NCBI GenBank assembly: GCA_963718875.1
Contig: OY970378.1
Location: 477,373-541,372 of the forward strand
DNA: 64,000 nucleotides
DNA from: Candidatus Parcubacteria bacterium
GTDB lineage: Bacteria; Patescibacteriota; Saccharimonadia; UBA4664; JBIOIQ01
Direction of reading: 5' to 3'
Below the pieces are notes generated by a model. The model ran no database searches. It saw only the letters and a list, made by a program, of their open reading frames with translations, and had not been told where the DNA came from. A program made the translations under genes and the position numbers. Shown here piece after piece: positions 55,774-64,000 of this stretch (position 1 is its first letter; each line of letters opens with the position of its first letter).

Positions 55774-56895
55774 ATGGCAGATTTAACCGAAATTAGTTCT
55801 CAGCTCAAAAGCTTACTCGCTCGCGTGCAGCAGGCTATTTTGCAACTCGATGTTACAAGCGACGAAGTTAAAATTGCGGAGCTGACAAAGATTACACTCG
55901 AACCCACATTTTGGAACGACCAAGCTAAAGCTACCGAAATTTCTCAGGAACTAGCCCAGCTTACAAAACATGTAGGCGGTTGGCGAGATTTGGAAAAGAC
56001 GGTGGCTGAAGCGCTAGAACTAGTGACTTTAAGCCGAGAAGAAGAGAATCTGGACGAGTCTCTGGTGGCCGAAATAGCCTCGCAGCTTGAATGGGCGGAG
56101 GGCGAATTTCGTGAACGGGAATTTGAATTAAAACTATCGGGACCGTACGACAAAAACTCAAGTATCGTATCTATTTATGCAGGTACTGGCGGTACTGATG
56201 CTCAAGATTGGGCTGAGATGCTGTTGCGTATGTATTTGCGCTATGGCGAAAAAGCTGGTTTCAAAACTGCCATATTGGATCAATCGCCGGGCGAAGAAGC
56301 CGGCATAAAGAGCGTTACTTTTGAGGTAAATGGCTCCTTTGCTTACGGAAAACTCAAAAGCGAGAAGGGTGTACATAGGCTGGTACGATTAAGTCCTTAT
56401 AATGCCGATAATTTACGTCAGACGTCATTTGCGCTAGTGGATGTTTTGCCGCAGCTAGACGCACAGCATGAATTTGAAATTGACCCCAAAGAGTTAAGGA
56501 TAGATGTCTATCGTTCTGGAGGACATGGCGGACAGTCAGTTAATACCACCGATTCAGCTGTGCGAATTACTCATATTCCTACAGGAGTGGTGGTGGCAAT
56601 TCAAAACGAACGCTCCCAGCTGCAAAATAAAGAAAAAGCCATGGCGATTCTGAAAGCTCGTTTGACCGTTTTGATGATAGAGCAGCAAAAGGCGGCCGTG
56701 TCGGAGATTCGCGGCGAAACGCAATCGGCGGCTTGGGGCAATCAAATCCGTTCTTATGTTTTGCATCCGTATACCAAGGTGAAGGATCACCGGACTGGGG
56801 CGGAGACGTCCCAAGCACACGAAGTGCTAGAAGGCGATATAGATATGTTTATAGAGGCTTATTTGCAGAGTCAAATTGGGCAAAGAGACATTTAA
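55774..56895 (+). CDS. prfB: peptide chain release factor 2 (single ORF, no +1 frameshift site)
   Basis: [24 protein letters not shown] and an SPF-like region. Confidence 0.9.
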   Translation: MADLTEISSQLKSLLARVQQAILQLDVTSDEVKIAELTKITLEPTFWNDQAKATEISQELAQLTKHVGGWRDLEKTVAEALELVTLSREEENLDESLVAEIASQLEWAEGEFREREFELKLSGPYDKNSSIVSIYAGTGGTDAQDWAEMLLRMYLRYGEKAGFKTAILDQSPGEEAGIKSVTFEVNGSFAYGKLKSEKGVHRLVRLSPYNADNLRQTSFALVDVLPQLDAQHEFEIDPKELRIDVYRSGGHGGQSVNTTDSAVRITHIPTGVVVAIQNERSQLQNKEKAMAILKARLTVLMIEQQKAAVSEIRGETQSAAWGNQIRSYVLHPYTKVKDHRTGAETSQAHEVLEGDIDMFIEAYLQSQIGQRDI

Positions 56896-57018
56896 CTTTT
56901 AACATCTGGCCCTTCGACTTCGCTCAGGGCAGGTATTTGACACTTCAGTTCCTAAAAAATCAAAAGGTCAAATATAACTGTTACGCTTCATATCTTAAAT
57001 TTGTGGTAGAATAGCAGC

Positions 57019-57699
57019 GTGATTTTGTTTGATCGTGTGACAAAAATGTATGCCAATAAAAGTGTTGCCTTAAGTGGTGTGAATTTGCACATTCAGCCCA
57101 AGGAGTTTGTAACCATTGTGGGATCAAGTGGGGCGGGTAAATCCACGCTTATAAAGCTGTTGACGAGGGAAGAAACCCAGACTTCTGGAAAAATAATTGT
57201 TGGGGGGATTGATTACGACACTATTGATAAAGCTCATGTGCCGCAGCTAAGACGCAAAATCGGGGTAGTGTTTCAAGATTTTAAATTACTACCTAATCGC
57301 AGTGTATTTGAGAACGTTTCATTTGCATTGGAGGTCTCTGGAACGCGCAGTCGTGAAATTAAGCGGAGTGTGCCAAAAGTGCTCCAGCTGGTGGGCTTGC
57401 GCGGTAAGGATAAAAATTTCCCCGAAGAACTTTCAGGGGGGGAGCGACAAAGGGTAGCAATCGCCAGAGCGTTGATTCGCCAGCCCAAGATCTTGATCGC
57501 TGACGAGCCAACCGGGAACTTGGATCCTAAAAATGCTTGGGAAATTATCGAGTTATTGCTTAAAATTAATCGTTTTGGAACAACGGTATTGCTGACAACT
57601 CATAATAAAGAGATAGTTAATGCCTTGAAAAGGCGCGTCATAACGATTAATCGAGGTAGGATTGTGAAGGACGAAGAACAGGGTCGCTATGCTATTTAG
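57019..57699 (+). CDS. ftsE: cell division ABC ATPase FtsE
   Basis: Walker A GSSGAGKST, ABC signature LSGGERQR, Walker B ILIADEPT. Confidence 0.9.
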   Translation: MILFDRVTKMYANKSVALSGVNLHIQPKEFVTIVGSSGAGKSTLIKLLTREETQTSGKIIVGGIDYDTIDKAHVPQLRRKIGVVFQDFKLLPNRSVFENVSFALEVSGTRSREIKRSVPKVLQLVGLRGKDKNFPEELSGGERQRVAIARALIRQPKILIADEPTGNLDPKNAWEIIELLLKINRFGTTVLLTTHNKEIVNALKRRVITINRGRIVKDEEQGRYAI

Positions 57700-57708
57700 G
57701 ATTGTGAA

Positions 57709-57842
57709 TCAAGATACAAGATACAAGATGCAAGATGCAAGCAAACCACAAGTAGCAAGTCTCAAACTGCAATTGTTTGGATCTTGGGGATTTGAAGCCA
57801 GGGCGTTGTTTGTGTCTTGTGTTTTGTTTCTTGTTTCTTGCA
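57709..57842. repeat. (CAAGATR)4-5 heptamer array (57709-57743) and a downstream inverted-complement (YYTCTTG)4 array (57808-57842) in the ftsE-ftsX spacer
   Basis: Seen directly; the two arrays can base-pair into a long hairpin. Confidence 0.7.
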
Positions 57843-57852
57843 GGAGGGCTGC

Positions 57853-58755
57853 ATGATTACTTTTTGGCGGATTTTGCAAGCGGGTGGACATAATTTCTTG
57901 CGTAATGCTTGGTTGTCAACCGCAGCTACAGCGGTAATGACCATTACGCTGATTTTGATGACGTTTTCTTTTATTTCTAGTTCAACATTAACGGCGACTA
58001 TTAAAAACGAGACCGATAAGATAGATATATCGGTGTATTTAAAAGATGATGTAACGTCGGAACAAGTTAAGGCGTTACAGGCAAAGCTGCGCGCAAATGC
58101 CAATGTCGGAAGAGTTCAATATTTAACTAAGGCTGAAGTTAATGCAAATTTTAAGGCTACGGCCGACAAAGGTACTCAACAAGCCATAACAGTTACCGGT
58201 AACCCGCTTCCTGCCACTATGAAGATTAAAGTTAAGGATCCAAATAATTTAAATGCCGTAGCAGCAGTTATTAATGAACCAAGTATTAAAGAGATCCAAA
58301 GCGACGCCCCCAGCTATAGTGGCACGCAAAAAACGACGGTTGATCGAATAGTGCATGTCAGTAATTTCTTTAAGAGCACCAGCTTAATTGCCAGTATTAT
58401 TTTTGTGGTAGTGTCGGTTTTGATAATTTTTAACACTATTCGGATGGCAATCTTTACTAGACGAAGCGAGATTGAAATTATGCAGTTGGTGGGTGCGACA
58501 AACTGGTTTATTCGCGGACCTTTTATTATCGAGGCGGCCTTATACGGGATTATAGCCGCCATATTGGCGTTGTTCTTTTGTTATAGCTTGCTTTTAGTTG
58601 GCGCTTCAAAATTGAGTAGCTTTATTGATATTCAGTCTACTGTGTCTTTATTTCAAACCCACTCCTTGTTAGTAATACTAGCGGAGGTTGGGGCGGGAGT
58701 TTTGATTGGAATTGGCGCTAGCTTATTCGCAATGAGTCGGCATTTGAAGCTGTAG
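57853..58755 (+). CDS. ftsX: cell division permease FtsX
   Basis: N-terminal TM helix, large extracellular domain, three C-terminal TM helices; follows ftsE. GGAGGG Shine-Dalgarno. Confidence 0.85.
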   Translation: MITFWRILQAGGHNFLRNAWLSTAATAVMTITLILMTFSFISSSTLTATIKNETDKIDISVYLKDDVTSEQVKALQAKLRANANVGRVQYLTKAEVNANFKATADKGTQQAITVTGNPLPATMKIKVKDPNNLNAVAAVINEPSIKEIQSDAPSYSGTQKTTVDRIVHVSNFFKSTSLIASIIFVVVSVLIIFNTIRMAIFTRRSEIEIMQLVGATNWFIRGPFIIEAALYGIIAAILALFFCYSLLLVGASKLSSFIDIQSTVSLFQTHSLLVILAEVGAGVLIGIGASLFAMSRHLKL

Positions 58756-58904
58756 GAGTTAGGGACTAGTAGATCGTAGAGTAGATAGGTAAATTTCTCA
58801 ACACTAGCTACACAATCTCTGGATCAAATAAAGCAATAGCGGTTTGACAGCGTAACTGTTATGGATATAATGTAAAGCGTGTGATGAACCTGGGGGAGGA
58901 ATAG

Positions 58905-60017
58905 TTGAACGCAATGTCGAAGAATATTAGATTAAAAAAATTATTTACAACACTGATGGCAGCATCGGTGTTATTGTCTTTGGGTTTCCCGGTACACGCC
59001 GATGATTTTGATACCCAAATTAATAATTTACAGGCTAAAATTAGTGAGCAAAAGGCTGCTTTGGGTGCGTTGCAAACCCAAGCTGATACACTGGAAAACA
59101 AGTTAGCTGGAATAAATGCCCAGGTAACAGCTATTACTAACCAACTGGAACTAACATCGGCTCAGCTACGGCAAGTCAATATTCGCATAGAACAGCTGAA
59201 TCAACAGATGGCCAAACAAAAAGCTTTCTTAGCCAATAATATTAAAACTATGTATTTGCAAAGTTCAACTTCGCCACTAGAGGTTTTGCTATCCAGTGAG
59301 AGCCTGAGTGACTATTATAATAAGCAAGAATATCTAGAAAAGATCAAGGAAAAGATTCAGGAGACTTTAGAAAGTTTACTGGCTACCAAGAAAGACCTGG
59401 ACGGGCAGCAGAAACAGCTGGCTGATTTAACTGATCAACAAAAAACCCAGCAACAAGCGTTAGTAGCCCAACAGCAAGAGGCTAGCAATCTCCTAGCCCA
59501 GACGCAAGGGCAAGAAGCGGCTTATCAATCGATGGTGGTGGAAACCAATAAACAGCTGCAAGGAATTGTGGCTGCTCGTGCCGAAGCTATCCGTAGGGCT
59601 GGTATTAAGTTTTCATCGTCGGGCTGTGGAGGGTACCCGGCCGTTTGGTGTAATGCCGTTCAAGATTCAATGGTAGACGACTGGGCTTTTTATAATCGAG
59701 AGTGCGTTAGTTATGTAGCCTGGAAGCGTTGGGCGTTAGGTATGAAGCCTCAGCCAAACTACTGGGGTAATGCGGCTGACTGGTATCGATATGTAAACTC
59801 CAGCACACCTCACAGCGGCGATATAATTGTTTGGCGGGCCTATGCCAACCCATACGTAGGGTGGGCTGGTCACGTAGCGTTTGTAGAATCGGTAAATGGG
59901 TCAACTGTCACAATGAGCCAATTCAATTTTGATGTCGGGACTGGCCCAGGTAGGTTCAGTATTCTAACATTGAATATTGGCGATCCAATCCTTCAGGGCG
60001 CTGGATACATCCGTTAA
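58905..60017 (+). CDS. PcsB-like peptidoglycan hydrolase (coiled-coil domain + C-terminal CHAP domain)
   Basis: Signal peptide. Long Q-rich coiled coil. CHAP motifs CGGYPAVWCNAV...GHVAFVESV. Confidence 0.8.
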   Translation: MNAMSKNIRLKKLFTTLMAASVLLSLGFPVHADDFDTQINNLQAKISEQKAALGALQTQADTLENKLAGINAQVTAITNQLELTSAQLRQVNIRIEQLNQQMAKQKAFLANNIKTMYLQSSTSPLEVLLSSESLSDYYNKQEYLEKIKEKIQETLESLLATKKDLDGQQKQLADLTDQQKTQQQALVAQQQEASNLLAQTQGQEAAYQSMVVETNKQLQGIVAARAEAIRRAGIKFSSSGCGGYPAVWCNAVQDSMVDDWAFYNRECVSYVAWKRWALGMKPQPNYWGNAADWYRYVNSSTPHSGDIIVWRAYANPYVGWAGHVAFVESVNGSTVTMSQFNFDVGTGPGRFSILTLNIGDPILQGAGYIR

Positions 60018-60039
60018 GAAAGAAGGAAACCCAAAAGAA

Positions 60040-61197
60040 ATGCCCAAAACGATTCAGATAAAAGCTGAAACGCTGGTAATTATTGTCCTGGCAGGCTTAG
60101 CCCTCTTTACTGGTGGGTACTATACTAGGGGCTATTTGGCTACATATGGCGCCAAGGCCAATCTAACCGGTTTACAAGAGCTCGAGTCAGTTTTACGGAG
60201 CAAGTTTGATGGAAATATTGACACCAATAAATTAGTTGATGGCGCTAAAAGTGGATTAGTTGGAGCCGCCGGGGATCCTTACACGGCTTATTTGAATGCC
60301 AAAGCCGCTAAAACACTTAAAGATGACCTGGAGGGTACGTTGTCAGGCATAGGTGCTGAGGTGGGAATCCGAAAAAACCAGTTGACGGTGATTTCACCAG
60401 TACCTGGTGCTCCGGCTGCTAAAGCCGGTTTACGCAGCGGTGACGTGATATTAAAAATTAATGGGACGGATCCGTCGAACTTAAGTTTAGATGAGGCAGT
60501 TTCCAAGATTCGTGGTCCGCAAGGCTCCAAAGTAACTTTAAATATAAGTCGCGGCAAAGGTGCTCCTTACGATCTTGTTATAACCCGTGAAAACATTAAT
60601 GTACCAAGCGTAAATTACAGTCTCAAAAATGATTCGGTTGGTTATATCCAGTTAGTGCGGTTTGGGCCTGACACTGGCACTAAAGTTGAACAGGCGGCGG
60701 TTGACTTGTTGGCTCAAGGAGCGAAAAAAATTATTTTGGATGTACGTGACAATCCGGGTGGATATTTAGACGAAGCCACTAAGGTAGCTAGTCAATTCAT
60801 GGCCAGCGATAAAATGGTAGTAGAGGTGCGTCGTGGGGGTAAAACAACCGAACGTGAATACTCAACTGGTGGAGGTAAGCTTGTAGGTGTTACTACCGTG
60901 GTTTTAATAAATGGCGGAAGTGCCTCTGCCAGCGAAATATTAGCCGGGGCCTTGCATGATAACGTAGGGGCAAAACTGGTGGGGGTAAAAAGTTTTGGTA
61001 AAGGGAGTGTGCAGGAAATCGTTAATTTGGCCGGCGGCGCAGAACTAAAGGTTACAATAGCTCATTGGTATACGCCAAACGGCATAAACATAAACAAAGA
61101 AGGTATTAAGCCTAACATCTCGGTAGAGCTAACCGAGGATGATTTCAGCGCCGGGCGAGATCCGCAGCTCGACAAGGCCTTGGAGCTGCTTAAGTAA
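60040..61197 (+). CDS. ctpA: C-terminal processing (S41) peptidase with PDZ domain
   Basis: PDZ domain; catalytic region GGSASASEILAGAL. Confidence 0.85.
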   Translation: MPKTIQIKAETLVIIVLAGLALFTGGYYTRGYLATYGAKANLTGLQELESVLRSKFDGNIDTNKLVDGAKSGLVGAAGDPYTAYLNAKAAKTLKDDLEGTLSGIGAEVGIRKNQLTVISPVPGAPAAKAGLRSGDVILKINGTDPSNLSLDEAVSKIRGPQGSKVTLNISRGKGAPYDLVITRENINVPSVNYSLKNDSVGYIQLVRFGPDTGTKVEQAAVDLLAQGAKKIILDVRDNPGGYLDEATKVASQFMASDKMVVEVRRGGKTTEREYSTGGGKLVGVTTVVLINGGSASASEILAGALHDNVGAKLVGVKSFGKGSVQEIVNLAGGAELKVTIAHWYTPNGININKEGIKPNISVELTEDDFSAGRDPQLDKALELLK

Positions 61198-61288
61198 GGC
61201 GTTGTGCTAAAAAAGAAAAGGTGGTTGGTCTCTGCTTGCGCCTGGGTTAGCGACTGGGGTATAGTGTATACAATTGTTTTAAACGGTA

Positions 61289-62962
61289 ATGTTTGGAGGA
61301 GGGCTATTGGCCAGTCGTAAGCAAACAAAATACGTGTTTGTTACAGGGGGTGTTATATCGGGCTTGGGCAAAGGGATTACAGCGGCTTCAATTGGCAACC
61401 TCTTAAAATCACGCGGTTTGTCCGTAAACATTCAAAAATGCGACCCTTATTTAAATGTTGATGCTGGGACATTAAATCCTAGAGAACATGGTGAGTGTTT
61501 TGTGACTAAGGACGGAGCTGAAACAGACCTGGACCTTGGTCATTATGAGCGTTTTTTGGATGTTGAGTTAAGCAACACTAGCTCACTTATGGCAGGGAGG
61601 GTGCTTCAGAAAGTTATTCAAGACGAGCGAGCAGGCAAGTATGAGGGCGAAGATGTGCAAATCATCCCTCATCTGACAGCGGCAATCCAAGATTATTTTT
61701 TGGCTGCTGGCAGTGGTTTCGATATTCATATCGTGGAGATTGGCGGTACAGTGGGTGATTATGAGTCGTTGAGCTTTTTGGAAGCAATTAGAGAATTTGG
61801 GCTCAAGGTGGGGCAAAAGAATTGTTTGTATGTACATCTTGTATATTTGCCGTTTTTGGGTGCCAGTCAAGAAATTAAAACTAAACCAGCTCAAAACTCG
61901 GTGCGAGATTTACGGGGCTTGGGTATTACCCCTGATATTCTGGTGGCCCGAAGCGAGCAGGCGGCCAATCCAAGCGTAAAGCGAAAGCTTAGTCAGTTTT
62001 GTGGGGTTGATGAAGCGGCCATTGCGTTATTGCCGAATGCACAAAGTATTTATCAGGTGCCACTAACTTTGGAAGATACCGAGATTGCGGATGTGATGTG
62101 TCGTAAGTTGGGTATAAAAGTTTTACGTCCAAATCACCGGGTGTGGCGAGAAATGGTTACCAGATCAATGCAGCCGTACGAACACAGAGTAAAAATTGGG
62201 GTTGTAGCTAAGTACATGGATAACCAAGACACCTATTTGTGTGTGTTTGAGGCTTTAAAAGCCGCTGGGTGGTGGAACGAGGTTATTGTTGACATTGAGT
62301 GGATTGATTCCGAAGTATTGGAACGCAAAGGCAATTTTAAGGAACTTGTCGGGTCAATGGATGGGATTGTGGTGCCTGGAGGGTTTGGAGTGAGAGGGCT
62401 TGAAGGAAAGATTCAAGCGGCTGGTTATGCATTAGAACATAAGATCCCGTATTTAGGGCTGTGCCTTGGGCTGCAAATGGCGGTAATTGCAGCAGCTCGT
62501 CGGGCTGGTTTTAAAAGTGCAACCACGTTTGAGCTTGATCGTAATAGCACCGATCAAGTTATTACTACTATGTCGGATCAATTAGGCAAAGAAAATACCG
62601 GTGGTACTATGAGACTTGGTGATTATCCTTGCGTCATTGCAAAAGGCAGCGTAGCGGCCAAAGCATACGGAAAAATGGACGCAGTTGAGCGTCATCGCCA
62701 TCGAGGTGAGTGTAATAATGATTATCGGTCACTATATGAACAATGGGGGATAAGAGTCGTTGGCACTAGTCCTGATGGAAATTTGGTTGAAATAATTGAA
62801 GGTATCAACCATCCGTTTTTCTTAGCAAGCCAGTTTCACCCTGAATTTAAATCGCGTCCAAATCGTCCACACCCTATGTTTGACGGTTTTATAAAAGCCT
62901 CTGCAGCCGGTAACGGCAACAAAAAACCTAAGAAAGTTCCCTCTGTAGCAAAAATCGCCTAA
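61289..62962 (+). CDS. pyrG: CTP synthase
   Basis: KYVFVTGGVISGLGKG N-terminus; glutamine amidotransferase GLCLGLQ. Start could be the TTG at 61307. Confidence 0.95.
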   Translation: MFGGGLLASRKQTKYVFVTGGVISGLGKGITAASIGNLLKSRGLSVNIQKCDPYLNVDAGTLNPREHGECFVTKDGAETDLDLGHYERFLDVELSNTSSLMAGRVLQKVIQDERAGKYEGEDVQIIPHLTAAIQDYFLAAGSGFDIHIVEIGGTVGDYESLSFLEAIREFGLKVGQKNCLYVHLVYLPFLGASQEIKTKPAQNSVRDLRGLGITPDILVARSEQAANPSVKRKLSQFCGVDEAAIALLPNAQSIYQVPLTLEDTEIADVMCRKLGIKVLRPNHRVWREMVTRSMQPYEHRVKIGVVAKYMDNQDTYLCVFEALKAAGWWNEVIVDIEWIDSEVLERKGNFKELVGSMDGIVVPGGFGVRGLEGKIQAAGYALEHKIPYLGLCLGLQMAVIAAARRAGFKSATTFELDRNSTDQVITTMSDQLGKENTGGTMRLGDYPCVIAKGSVAAKAYGKMDAVERHRHRGECNNDYRSLYEQWGIRVVGTSPDGNLVEIIEGINHPFFLASQFHPEFKSRPNRPHPMFDGFIKASAAGNGNKKPKKVPSVAKIA

Positions 62963-63006
62963 GCCAAATAGGGATGTGTAATTTTAATAATTTTACAGTA
63001 GTGTTA

Positions 63007-63291
63007 TTAGGTGCTGATAGGTTTAATTGTGACGATGGTGTGTCGGACTGGCTTGCCAGTAAAATTTTTGATTTTGGATGTTTTGAAATCGACTGTACCT
63101 GCATTTTGGGCGTAGATAGTATGATCTTTCCCTATACCGGTGCCGTTGCCGGCAATCATACGGGTGCCGCGCTGGCGGACAATTATATTTCCACTTTTAA
63201 CTACCTGACCACCAAAAAGCTTAACCCCTAAACGTTGGGATTGGCTATCTCGGCCAAGTTTTGTTGATCCGCCGGCTTTTGTATGGGCCAT
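63007..63291 (-). CDS. rpmA: 50S ribosomal protein L27
   Basis: [31 protein letters not shown]...IVRQRGT. Confidence 0.9.
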   Translation of the reverse strand: MAHTKAGGSTKLGRDSQSQRLGVKLFGGQVVKSGNIIVRQRGTRMIAGNGTGIGKDHTIYAQNAGTVDFKTSKIKNFTGKPVRHTIVTIKPIST

Positions 63292-63295
63292 GGCT

Positions 63296-64000
63296 CTATG
63301 CGCTCCTTAATGCAATTAACTCTCGGCCAACTAGTTGATCTTCTCTCGAGTAGAGAAGATCGGTTTGTTTGACCGGTAAAAACTGTTTTAAAGTATAACC
63401 TAAAGCCTCAATCCGGTCAATGATATTAAGTCGCTCAAAGCTTTTTCCGCTACGCCAAGCAGGCAAGGATAAGCAGACTGGAGTATTTATATCAATTTGC
63501 TTGCGTAAGTTACTTAAAAAATTTAGCGTGAGGCTCTTGGCTTCGTTTGAGAGGTTGGTTAGCTCAGAGGCAGAGGGCTGAGAGGAAAGGGCTGGCCCTA
63601 AATAACCCTCGGTTACGACTGCCTGAAAGGGCTGGCGCCAAGACATTGAGGTAGCGTCACCGGTATCAAGTTGATAGGTGTCAGTAAAGTTAAAGTTTGT
63701 AGCTAGCCATTCTAGATTACGTTTAGTCATATCCATGAGATCGCTACTTATATCACTACCTAGTACCGGATGACCAATCAAAAGCGCCTCTTGGAGTATG
63801 ACACCAGTACCGCAAAAAGGGTCTAAGATAGTGCTCCCAGCATCAGGGTTGGCTAAGTTTATCATTATCTGAGCTAATTTGGGTGGTAACATGCCAACTT
63901 TGGAGCTTCTAGCGGGGCGGCCGTAGTCGCGTAGACCGTAGTTGGCAATGTCTTGGACGGCAATGGTTTGGCCGATATAAATATCAGAGCTAGAAGCTAC
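63296..64000 (-). CDS. THUMP-associated RNA methyltransferase (UPF0020/RlmL-like), 5' end outside the window
   Basis: SAM motif [10 protein letters not shown]. The frame stays open upstream of the first Met to the window edge. Confidence 0.7.
   Translation of the reverse strand, partial: VASSSDIYIGQTIAVQDIANYGLRDYGRPARSSKVGMLPPKLAQIMINLANPDAGSTILDPFCGTGVILQEALLIGHPVLGSDISSDLMDMTKRNLEWLATNFNFTDTYQLDTGDATSMSWRQPFQAVVTEGYLGPALSSQPSASELTNLSNEAKSLTLNFLSNLRKQIDINTPVCLSLPAWRSGKSFERLNIIDRIEALGYTLKQFLPVKQTDLLYSREDQLVGRELIALRSA

Noticed and set aside
55774-55860. Programmed +1 frameshift in prfB
   Set aside because: The full-length RF2 reading frame is continuous from the ATG at 55774; no internal in-frame UGA near the N-terminus.
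1-64000. CRISPR arrays, rRNA genes, canonical tRNA genes, integrase/transposase genes
   Set aside because: No regularly spaced direct repeats with unique spacers, no rRNA-like conserved stretches, and no recombinase-like ORF were seen; the MITE-like copies lack any ORF.

Overview
This 64-kb window looks like a small, ~45% GC housekeeping chromosome region of a Gram-positive-like, possibly Saccharibacteria/CPR-type, bacterium. Identified genes, in order: hisS (3' part), an SPFH protein, a HIT protein, rpsU, gatB/yqeY, ybeY, dgkA, adk, map, ftsA, ftsZ, yggT, a T-box leader plus ileS, a SEDS protein (ftsW/rodA), rplU, parA, parB, lepB, an LCP protein, htrA, prmC, prfA, rpmE, rpsB, tsf, frr, rseP, a CPBP protease, csaA, proS, mreB, mreC, mreD, PBP2, greA, a class-I lysS with a C-terminal B3/4-like domain, serS, hpf, secA, a VanZ-like protein, a GIY-YIG protein, murD fused to a PP-loop-like C-terminal domain, an SDR oxidoreductase, an LPXTG surface protein, prfB, ftsE, ftsX, a PcsB-like CHAP hydrolase, ctpA, pyrG, rpmA and a partial RNA methyltransferase. 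Beyond the genes, there are several GC-rich (52-68%) inserts. Some carry actinobacteria-like proteins: a GRDP/DUF1399-like protein at 16954..17499, an orphan at 41316..41723, and a 2.5-kb island at 51.4-53.9 kb with a coiled-coil membrane protein and a secreted protein bearing CGPPPTTCQVN tandem repeats. Others are promoter-to-terminator units of unclear type at 2137..2842, 3268..3606 and 16029..16534. Repeats include a ~260-bp MITE-like element present twice in inverted orientation (9575..9850 and 26831..27085), bracketing 17 kb. A ~120-130 bp palindromic repeat family has four clear copies and sits at the borders of foreign segments. A tRNA-like element lies next to a leaderless 33-codon promoter/terminator unit. 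(CAAGATA)n heptamer arrays occur upstream of mreB and between ftsE and ftsX. No CRISPR array, rRNA or canonical tRNA was seen. All calls rest on motif recognition by eye; no searches were run.
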